Source: Mytilus edulis
Lineage: Eukaryota
Assembly (NCBI RefSeq): GCF_963676685.1
Contig: NC_092353.1
Coordinates: forward strand, 26,555,690-26,619,689
Direction: 5' to 3'
Length of the DNA stretch: 64,000 nt
Positions within the stretch are counted from its first letter, which is position 1. Each line of letters starts with the position of its first letter. Of the stretch, positions 54,170 to 64,000 are shown one piece after another. The position numbers were made by a program, and so were the translations under genes. Below the pieces are notes generated by a model. The model saw only the letters and a list, made by a program, of their open reading frames with translations. It was not told the DNA's origin and searched no databases.

Positions 54170-54750
54170 TAATCCAATCTTGGCCAACGTCATCTTTGGG
54201 GTATCTAGTTTGAAAATGTGTCCGATGACCTGGCCATCCAACCAAGATGGCCGCCATGGCTAAAAATAGAACAGGGGTAAAATGTAGATTTTGGCTTATA
54301 ACTCTGAAACCAAAGCATTTAGAGCAAATCTGACAAGGAGCTAAATTGTTAATCAAGTCAATATCTATCTGCCCTGAAATTTTTAGATGAATTGGACAAC
54401 TGGTTGTTGGGTTGCTGCCCCCCAATTGGTAATTTTTAAAGAAATTTTGCCGTTTTTGGTTATTATCTTGAATACTAATATAGATAGAGATAAACTGTAA
54501 ACAGCAATAATGTTCAGCAAAGTAAGATCTACAAATAAGTTAACATGACCAAAATGGTCAATTGACCCCTTAAGGAGTTATTGCCCTTTATAGTCAATTT
54601 TTAACAATTTTCATTAATTTGGTAAATTTATGTAAATTTTTACCAAGTAATTTTCTCTGTTACTAATGGGCAAAGTTCATTATAGATATAATTGTAAGAA
54701 GCAAGAACGTTCAGTAAAGTAAGAACTTCAAACACATCACCATCACCAAA
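54170..54750. repeat. Solo, partial copy of the 501-bp repeat family, located in CDC5L intron 9
   Basis: High similarity to 61740-62190 (ggggtatctagtttgaaaatgtg...ccaagatggccgccatggctaaaaatagaaca...ttgggttgctgcccc). Confidence 0.85.
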
Positions 54751-54789
54751 ATACAATTTTGTCATGAATCCATTTATGTCCTTGTTTAA

Positions 54790-54933
54790 TATGCACATAG
54801 ATCAAGGTGAGCGACACAGGCTCTTTAGAGCCTCTAGTTTGCAGGCTAGCGATACAGAAGTTTGACTTCTTATACCATCTGGCCACCAAAGTCCCTGTTG
54901 TTATAAAAAATAAGAAGAAAAACAGATTTGAAT
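54790..54933. mobile_element. Second copy of the tRNA-like SINE family, which supplied the ATTTGAAT target site for the hAT-like insertion
   Basis: Alignable to 54060-54160. Confidence 0.4.
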
Positions 54934-55969
54934 CAGGGCTTCCAAAACGGTCATATATTCCGGTCATTTGTATAATGTCTGGTAAAAGTCCGGCTGGTCA
55001 AAGTATGAAACGGTCATATACTTTTTAGTTTTCAAGGCTTTTTCGGTCATTTTTACATAATTCACGATCTTTTTGACCAAACCTTTTGCCTTTAACATCA
55101 TCACATTTCCAGTCATAAATGTGACATGATGATTAATTACTATTAAAACAACACCTACTTCAATACTTTATAATTTTAATCAAGGCAAATTAGTAGTTGG
55201 ACAGCTGAAATCTACCTGTTCAGGTGACAGGTGAACTATGTTCAGTACCAGACATTGTATAAATTGATCGGTTATTCACAATTTTTGTTCTTACTTTTCA
55301 GCGGTTTGTTTCTAATTGATTTAGTCCAAAAGATTAAAATTATTAGAAATTAGTTATCAACATGATTTGATGAAAAATTTAAAAAGGATTTAAATGAAAA
55401 ATCCTCAGAACTACGTCGTATGAACTAGAACACGTGTGCGCATGTGCACAGGTGGGAAATTTAATTATGCATCCTACATTTCTTCAAAAATGCTAAAATT
55501 ATCATTGATACATGTATCTAACGTTCATTTCAAGTATTTTGTTGAAGAAATAACGTGGAAAGAGCTTCTTCACTCAGTCGTGCTTTGTTAACGTACACTG
55601 ATTTTACATATCCGTTTATGGTCCATGTTTTACCATTGTCAAGTCAACATCCGGTTGACCTCTCCGGTTAGAACAATGTGAAACGAAAGTAAAGTTTTTG
55701 ACAATGTCATTTTGCACAAATAAAAAGTCTAAGGCAGATATGAGCACGCTGATGTGCACACTTTGAATGATGCACTGCCAATTTAACAGTTACATCCGTA
55801 CATCAAATTCATATCATATCAAAGTAAAGTTTAAAATCGTTTTTTTTTTTAATGTAATGTCAATCATTGGAATGGCCATCTGATTACCATAATTGCCTTT
55901 TGTGACTAAGTCTTAAGGGATTAAAATCGGGATCAGATATGAAATGTCCGGCTGGCTCAAATATTTTTT
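54934..55969. mobile_element. Non-autonomous hAT-like transposon (1036 bp) with 14-bp TIRs CAGGGCTTCCAAAA and a perfect 8-bp TSD ATTTGAAT, nested inside a SINE copy in CDC5L intron 9
   Basis: The left TIR at 54934-54947 is the reverse complement of the right TIR at 55956-55969. The flanking ATTTGAAT occurs at 54926-54933 and again at 55970-55977. There is no long internal ORF. Confidence 0.75.
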
Positions 55970-56039
55970 GGAAGCCCTGATTTGAATAGACACAGCATAT
56001 GTAAAAATTCACTTTATATCATATTAATTTATTTTTCAG

Positions 56040-56115
56040 TTTCCAAGAACCAGTGAAAAAGAGAAGTAAACTTGTATTGCCAGCTCCACAGATCTCTGAT
56101 TTAGAATTAGAAGAG
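56040..56115 (+). CDS. CDC5L: CDC5L exon 10 ([26 protein letters not shown])
   Basis: Acceptor atttttcag; donor GTCAGT. Matches conserved [20 protein letters not shown]. Confidence 0.85.
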
Positions 56116-56830
56116 GTCAGTTGTATGTCTAGCTCTCTTGGGCAGATTTGTCCATGTGAACTAGTACAAACACATCTGACATATCTTTACAATTTGCATT
56201 TGTTATCTTTTACATTTTTCAACCTCCTTTAAAGTGATTAGGCTGATTTGAACTTGAGTTTATAGTTTCTGTTCTCTTATTTCAGCTTTCCTCAATGATA
56301 TACAATGCTGAAAAAACAAGTTTGAATTTGGATTTTTACCTTTCTGAAATAATGTCTCTTTATAAAGTTATATGAAAAATGGGGGGGACACATTCTTCAT
56401 CTATTTTAAATTTTATTATAATGTTGACATATTGCTTTGTATCTTGTTGAATTGTTAAAAGTAATTTCATGACAAGAAATAAGTTCTTTATTTTATTTGT
56501 CATACTTTTGCACCAATATATCATCAAAATGTAGATCTGTTAAGTTTGTGAAAGTAATTTTCTGTATTTCAAATATTAGATGCAGCCAAATTAAAGCAAT
56601 TTATATTTGTAAATTTATTCGTTTAACAAATATTATCATCACACTTTTCTACTACTCTTAAACAGAATGACTCCATGTTTGGTCAGCATCATGACAGTGA
56701 TGAGTTGTAAAGTATGAGCCTCTTTCTGAAGTGAAAGATACCAACTTCTTAAAATTCCAAAAGAGTTAATTTATACATTTTGTAAATACTAAATCTGTAC
56801 TGTATATGTTATTGCATAATTCTGTTTTAG

Positions 56831-57004
<174 letters not shown>

Positions 57005-57359
57005 TAGTATTTTTCTCTCACACTGTCATATGAATTTTTCTTTTGCAACTTTGCATTAAAAATCTTTTATCATTTTGATTTTTTTTTTATTCTTGAATAA
57101 ACATTGCTTTCAATGTATGAAAATAAAAGATACGGTCTCTATTTCATTAAAATCATTTTATTTGGACCTCATTCTGATTAACGGAAGGGTAAACACAAAG
57201 TAAATGAACCAATGTGAAGAAATTCAGCTAGAGACAGATTTTAATTATATCATTTTATTTTTCCACTTCTAAATTTAAATAGTTGTTTTGAAAGCTATGT
57301 TTTTTACTGGAACTAAAATTATCCCTTGTTTTTTACTATTTATATATACATAGAACTAA

Positions 57360-57557
<198 letters not shown>

Positions 57558-58320
57558 TAGACTCCAATGATTAATGTCACTTTCCTAGCTTTGCTACCAA
57601 AGCTGATTTTTTGAAGACCTCCAACTAGAATTAAATTAATTAGGAAACATTTGGGCTGCTCATAATTTGGAAAGAACCTTACTTAATATATTGAACAACT
57701 GAAGTTCTTATACTGTGATTCATTTATTTTGTGGGTACAAATTTGTATAGATAAAGGAAAAGAGATTTCCATTGATATTTTGTGGTTTTTCAATGGTCTG
57801 CAAATAAGCCAATAGAAAAATTGTACTTAGTTTAACATTTAAATGTGTGGTTCATCTGTATCTGCTTAATATGCTAAAATTGGTAATTATGAATAATAAT
57901 GAATCCCTAGTAGGTCACACAATCTTAATTCTATAGAAAGAAAGTGAGTTAGGCAATATTGAATGTTTGCATGTTTGATACCATATCTCCCAGTTAAAGC
58001 TTCTCTATCCTAAGATAGTACTGCACTGCACTTTTCATGTCATTCTGATAATAGTAATTTCCAGTGGAAAAGCAGAAATTGGATATTTTTCAACATTGTT
58101 TGAAGATCACATAGAATTGTCCTGTTATCTAGTATCTTGTTTATTGTTTCAGTTAAGAATACAAAATTATGTTACCTTTCATAATATAATTCATTAAAAT
58201 CTCCAAGAAAAAAATATAGGTTGTTAGTGATACCATATTATATGATGCTTATGTCAATTTTATTCTAAACAATTTGAATCAGGACCCTCTAATAGGGATT
58301 ATTTGTTTGAATAATTACAG

Positions 58321-58454
58321 CATTAACACCACATGGTATGACCCCTAGAATGGGCGTGGCAGGACAGACACCATTGAGGACACCTGTGAGAGACAAACTA
58401 AATATTAACCCTGATGAGGATTATGACATGAATGTTAATGACAAATTTTACCAG
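58321..58454 (+). CDS. CDC5L: CDC5L exon 13 (ALTPHGMTPRMGVAGQTPLRTPVRDKLNINPDEDYDMNVNDKFYQ)
   Basis: Acceptor aattacag; donor GTATGT. Matches conserved TPLRDKLNINPED. Confidence 0.85.
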
Positions 58455-58665
58455 GTATGTATAAATAAGCAGTTACTTAAGAATACTACATAAAAATTTG
58501 ATGCAGATGTTTTTAAGTTTGGAGCATTATGAATATGAAATAGATGTCCACTAGTAAAAAAAATGACTAAAATAGAAAATAATTTTATATGTTAAAAACA
58601 TGAAAAATTTGTAAACCAAGTGAAAATTTGACATAAATCATAAATATGATATTTATTGTTTTTAG

Positions 58666-58846
58666 AGAGACCTCAAAGACCAGTTAAAACATGGTTTGGC
58701 CAGTCTACCTCGTCCTAAAAATGATTATGAAATAGTGGTTCCCGAAGACATGGAGCAGGATATACATGAACCAATGCAGACAGACGATTACATTGAGGAT
58801 CAGGCAGACATTGATGCTGCATCAGAGGAGGAGAGGAGAGCTATCA
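58666..58846 (+). CDS. CDC5L: CDC5L exon 14 (RDLKDQLKHGLASLPRPKNDYEIVVPEDMEQDIHEPMQTDDYIEDQADIDAASEEERRAI-)
   Basis: Acceptor tgtttttag; donor a|GTAAGA. Matches conserved LPAPKNDFEIVLPE..YIEDAADVDA. Confidence 0.85.
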
Positions 58847-59219
58847 GTAAGATATACATACAGCTAAATGCCATCATTCAAGACTTTGATAAACTTATTG
58901 TTAATTCAGAAATTTTTTATGATCTTTTTATTATAGCAAACAATTGCAACCTATTGGTGACACTTTTTTTAAATCTTTGTAGAGTTATTAGTATACTATA
59001 TATACTGAAATGACAATTACTAATTTGGAATTTCTGTCCATTGTTTAACAAACTGAACAAATACAAACACAAATTTCTAAACTTGCAGTAAAGTTTTCAA
59101 AACATTCATTGATTTACATCAAATTAGGAAGAGTATGGTGGTTTCAGGCTGCACTCAGCAAAGCATTTTATTTTATATAATTTAATAGAAAGGTGAAATA
59201 ACCAGTGGTTATTTTATAG

Positions 59220-59344
59220 GACAAAAAGAATTAAGAATGAGATCTCAGTCAGTACAGAGAGACATGCCCCGTCCAACAGATGTCAACAGTAATATACTGA
59301 GAGTGGCTGGTCCTGGTGATCCTGCTCTTACAGATCTACAGAAG
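59220..59344 (+). CDS. CDC5L: CDC5L exon 15 (RQKELRMRSQSVQRDMPRPTDVNSNILRVAGPGDPALTDLQK)
   Basis: Acceptor ttttatag; donor GTAAAA. Matches conserved DLPRPSEVNETILRP...PLTDLQK. Confidence 0.85.
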
Positions 59345-59738
59345 GTAAAATCAATAGACATTTTAATACTTAACAATTCTACCAACCAAAAAGTTACCAA
59401 TTGTACAGCATGGCTCAACCCTTTGTCGTCTATGTCTAATTTAGTATTTGTTCTTTTGTACTACACTTAGGTGTAATTCAACAGGTTTTCATGTTTAAAC
59501 TCTGTTTGCTAGACCGGAAAAGCATTATCTATTTAGTATAGCATAAATATAATACTGTGGATTCATTAATTTTCCTGGATACATGAACATGATTTCATTG
59601 TTTGGTTCAAGTCTGCAGACAAGTCTAATAGAAATCTGTGATCTGATGAACATCCTTACAATTAATGAAAAGTGATACACAATGTATAAATAAATAAAGT
59701 AAATAGAATTTAATTATTTCTTTGTTCTCTATTTGTAG

Positions 59739-59933
59739 GCTGAGGAATTAATCAAAAAAGAAATGTTAACTATGCTTCATCATGATGCATTATATACACC
59801 AGGTTCTAATCAACTGGGTGTCGCACCAGGAAGTAAAAAACAAACACAAAAAGGGGTTCTAAATCAGGCCCAGCATGCATCATTTTTAGAGGAACATCCA
59901 TATGAAAAGGTCAATGAAGCTGATTTAGAAGAG
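59739..59933 (+). CDS. CDC5L: CDC5L exon 16 (AEELIKKEMLTMLHHDALYTP...EEHPYEKVNEADLEE)
   Basis: Acceptor atttgtag; donor GTATAG. Contains 65 in-frame codons and matches conserved SEELIKKEMITMLHYD...EHNPYEKFSKEELKK. Confidence 0.85.
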
Positions 59934-61158
59934 GTATAGTTTACATAGTGTTGCACATCAATTCGCCTTTTCTGAAACTTGAGGACTATGGGTAATCTCA
60001 TTGTTCGTACACCAAAATGAATATAACGCCACGTCATTGGTTGAATTTCCATTGTTTATGATGTTTTGATATACACTTTTAAAAATATAACCCAGGATGC
60101 ATTAGATTCTGAAACAGTGAATTATTGCATTTGAGTCTCAACAGTATTGGTATTGCAAAGGGTTACTTGAAGCTTGACGTCCACCTATAAACATCCTGTT
60201 AGCCATTTACCTCTACTCAATAGAGAGTTATTATAGATAATGTACATATCACAATCATTCATAACTAATAACAGCCTATATTAAGGTTTCATTGCAATGA
60301 ATTCATGAGCAACATGACAGGTCAAAGGTCATTAATAATTTTAAACTCGCACAAATATATATCCAAGAAAATAATTACTTTTCTCTCTTTCAATTTTTTC
60401 AAATTATTTATTGCTAACGGAATGTATTCTGTTATATATTTACATAAAAGTTTTTGAATAACTGGTCATTATCATGATATATGGACTGCCCACAGGACAT
60501 TGGTAGTGATAATGACTGAGCCGGAGGCGAGATCATAATCGCTGTTACAGTCAATACCACTTTCCTACGGGCAGTCTATATATCACGATAATGACCAGTT
60601 ATTCAAAAACTTTTATGTTTATTTCATTGAGGAACCATGTTTTTGAAAATTCTCATAAATTCAAAATGTCCAAAGCAAACTCAAGTAGTTGTACAATTTC
60701 TATGACAAAGAGTGAAGACAAGTCGTAGTAATACTACCATTCATTTTAGAGCATTTTTTCAGGATATGAATACTCAATCAAGTTCTCTATAATTTTATAA
60801 TTTACCAAAATAACAGGAAATGTTTTATTAAAGGAACATCTCTCTAAACAGAGAAACCACACCCCAACGGTCATTAACAGACGGAAACCGGGCCCCACTG
60901 GTCATTATCATCTAAAACGACCGGTTTTCTGGTCCGTTTTGTTCTGTTAATGATCAATGGAATTTATTACTGAAGAGAATCTTATTTTCAACCGATATGA
61001 AAAAATATATATTTCAATAATAAAATTTCCTTTACTGTGAAAGTGTTTTCTGTATACCCTTGTATACCCTTGTTTATACATGTTGTGCTAGGTTGTATGT
61101 TACAATACAGAAAATTCATTATTTAGAAAAAGAAATAATGCTTGCTGTAAAAATCTAA

Positions 61159-61488
<330 letters not shown>

Positions 61489-61699
61489 TAAAGTTCTGTT
61501 TTCAAGTTGTATATTGTGTGTACATGATAACATGGTAAATGTAAAATCAATTCTTTTATATATTTTGATCTCAATTTGATTCATTTTATTTTGACCAGCC
61601 TGTTGATTTATACCTATGTGATTTATTTTTAGCTCGACTGGCCCGAAGGGCCAAGTGAGCTTTTCCCATCACTTGGCGTCCGTCGTCCGTCGTCGTCGT

Positions 61700-64000
61700 T
61701 AACTTTTACAAAAGTCTTCTCCTCTGAAACTACTGGGCCAAATTAAACCCATCTTGGCCACAATCATCATTGGGGTATCTAGTTTAAAAAATGTGTGGCG
61801 TGACCCGGCCAACCAACCAAGATGGCTGCCTTGGCTAAAAATAGAACATAGGGGTAAAATGCAGTTTTTGGCTTATAACTCAAAAACCAAAGCATTTAGA
61901 GCAAATCTGACATGGGGTAAAATTGTTTATCAGGTCAAGATCTTTCTGCCCTCTAATTTTCAGATGAATCCGACAACCCGTTGTTGGGTTGCTGCCCCTG
62001 AATTGGTAATTTTAGGGAATTTTTGCTGCTTTTGGTTATTATCTTGAATATTATTATAGATAGAGATAAACTGTAAACAGCAATAATGTTCAGCAAAGTT
62101 AGATTTACAAATAAGTCAACATGACCAAAATGGTCAGTTGACCCCTTTAGGAGTTATTGACCTTTATAGTCAATTTTTAACCATTTTTCGTAAATCTTAG
62201 TAATCTTTTACAAAAATTTTCTCCTCTGAAACTACTGGACCAAATTAAACCAAACTTGGCCACAATCATCATTGGGGTATCTAGTTTAAAAAATGTGTGG
62301 CGTGACCCGGCCAACCAACCAAGATGGCCGCCATGGCTAAAAATAGAACATAGGGGTAAAATGCAGTTTTTGGCTTATAACTCAAAAACCAAAGCATTTA
62401 GAGCAAATCTGACATGGGGTAAAATTGTTTATCAGGTCAAGATCTTTCTGCCCTCAAATTTTCAGATGAATCTGACAACCCGTTGTTGGGTTGCTGCCCC
62501 TGAATTGGTAATTTTAGGGAATTTTTGCTGTTTTTGGTTATTATCTTGAATATTATTATAGATAGAGATAAACTGTAAACAGCAATAATGTTCAACAAAG
62601 TTAGATTTACAAATAAGTCAACATGACCAAAATGGTCAGTTGACCCCTTAAGGAGTTATTGCCCTTTATAGTCATTTTTTACCAATTTTTCGTAAATCTT
62701 AGTAATCTTTTACAAAAATCTTCTCCTCTGAAGCTACTGGGCCAAATCAATCCAAACTTGGCCACAATCATCATTGGGGTATCTAATTTAAAAAATGTGT
62801 GGTGTGACCCTGCCAACCAACCAAGATGGCCGCCATGGCTAAAAATAGAACATAGGGGTAAAATGTAGATTTTGGCTTATACAGTCGAACCTCGTTGTGT
62901 CGAAGTCGAAGGGACTGGACCAAAGTATTCGACTCATCCGAGGTCGAGTTTGTCGTCATAAATTTTGAATGCATGAAATACGGTATGAGAATTGAGTAAA
63001 CTAGATACAATGAACAGTGTGCCTTTTTTCTCTCGATAAGACACTTTATGATTGTGTATTCAATCTCCATTTTAGGTCCTTCGTAATAATTAAAAACACA
63101 AGTACAGATACAAATCATGCACAAATAAAATCAATAGTCTACACAAATATTTACAAAGGTCAGTCGCTATAAATTTTGAAATCACTCGCGGCACGAAATA
63201 AGTTCTGAACGGTCTCTGATGAGGTCGTCTGCTAACATTAAATCATCATGAATTTATTATAATTGTCATAATCCTTTTATCTATGGTAATTAATGAGTTT
63301 TAAATCTAACGATTCATTTAATCTCGGCTTGGGTTAATTAGATTCGTTTCGTTTTATCTCAGGTGAAAAATGTTCAACACACTAACATGCCGCTTGAACG
63401 ATCAACAAATTAGCGGTCACCATAAACATGTCATTTTAACTGTTCTACAAACAAGTATGTTTATTCAGCTTTAATCTCTTTTGAAAATGATTAGTTGACA
63501 TAAGAAATACATCCGATTTGAATTTTTATCATTAGGTCTGCATCTTTTGAAAATTCTTACTTTCGAAGTTCGAGACATCGGGGTCAATTTACATTATTTT
63601 ACTTCGACGGGACTATAAAATTTACTCGACTTAACCGAGTATTCGAATCAACCGAGTTCCACTCATCAGAGGTAAATATGCATTGATCAAACGGGAATTT
63701 TACCGGGACCAAGAAATTACTTCGACTCATCCGAGTTTTCGACACAACCGAGTTCGACACAACGAGGTTCGACTGTAACTCTAAAACCAATGCATTTAGA
63801 GCAAATCTGACATGGGGTTAAATAATCTATTAGGTCAAGATCTATCTACCCTGAAATTTTCAAACAAATGGGACAACCCGTTGTTGGGTTGCTGCCCCTA
63901 AATTAGTAATTTTAAAGAAATTTTGCAGTTTTTGCTTATTATCTTGATTATTATTATAGATAGAGATAAACTGTAAACAGCAATAATGTTCAGCAAAGTA
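61700..64000. repeat. Tandem repeat with a 501-bp period in the CDC5L intron after exon 17. It has about 3.5 copies, and the fourth copy is interrupted by the Tc1/mariner-like MITE.
   Basis: tctcctctgaaactactgggccaaattaaac recurs at 61721, 62222 and 62723. The same 98-aa ORFs in the six-frame track repeat within it. Confidence 0.9.
62882..63775. mobile_element. Tc1/mariner-like non-autonomous element (894 bp) with perfect 23-bp TIRs CAGTCGAACCTCGTTGTGTCGAA and a TA TSD, inserted into the fourth copy of the 501-bp tandem repeat
   Basis: Intact repeat copies read ggcttataactcaaaaacc. Here ggcttaTA is followed by the element and then TAactctaaaacc. The TIRs are exact reverse complements and there is no transposase ORF. 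Confidence 0.85.

Noticed and set aside
58696-59013. 105-aa plus-strand ORF
   Set aside because: Only its first ~50 codons (58696-58846) are CDC5L exon 14. The remainder reads through the GTAAGA donor into the intron.
61754-62549. Duplicated 97-aa ORFs (MATIIIGVSSLKNVWRDPANQPRW...), plus the ORF at 62783-63124
   Set aside because: They are copies of the same frame within the 501-bp tandem repeat and the MITE, not protein-coding genes.

Overview
This is eukaryotic (metazoan) nuclear DNA, not a prokaryotic locus. It is AT-rich and intron-rich, carries degenerate TTAGGG-like repeats and is saturated with MITEs, SINEs and tandem arrays. The overall architecture suggests an invertebrate genome, possibly a bivalve mollusc, but that is inference only. 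There is no prokaryotic operon, CRISPR array or defence island.

I can support two protein-coding genes:
- An apparently intronless 583-aa B-box/coiled-coil/NHL-like (TRIM-like, RING-less) gene on the minus strand at 41494-43245. It contains an in-frame 24-bp tandem duplication.
- The 5' 17 coding exons of the spliceosomal Myb-domain gene CDC5L (Cdc5/Cef1 orthologue) on the plus strand from 46426 to the window end. The translation matches the conserved N-terminus ([73 protein letters not shown]..) and downstream conserved blocks.

CDC5L introns are heavily colonised by mobile DNA:
- A 5'-truncated CR1/L2-like non-LTR reverse-transcriptase fragment sits about 20 bp past the exon-1 splice donor.
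- An hAT-like MITE with an 8-bp target-site duplication (TSD) is nested in a SINE.
- A Tc1/mariner-like MITE with a TA TSD is nested in a 501-bp tandem repeat.
- SINE-like copies lie in introns 1, 2, 3, 5 and 9.

The first 46 kb appear gene-poor. They contain a 4.3-kb 71-bp satellite array with higher-order structure, a 2-kb ~155-bp tandem array, a 3.5-kb CACTA-like TIR element carrying opposed G17/C15 homopolymers, several palindromic or foldback MITEs, and a degenerate interstitial TTAGGG-like tract. One acidic N-terminal ORF with a TATA box and splice donor at 12639-12732 (minus) is an unassigned candidate first exon.
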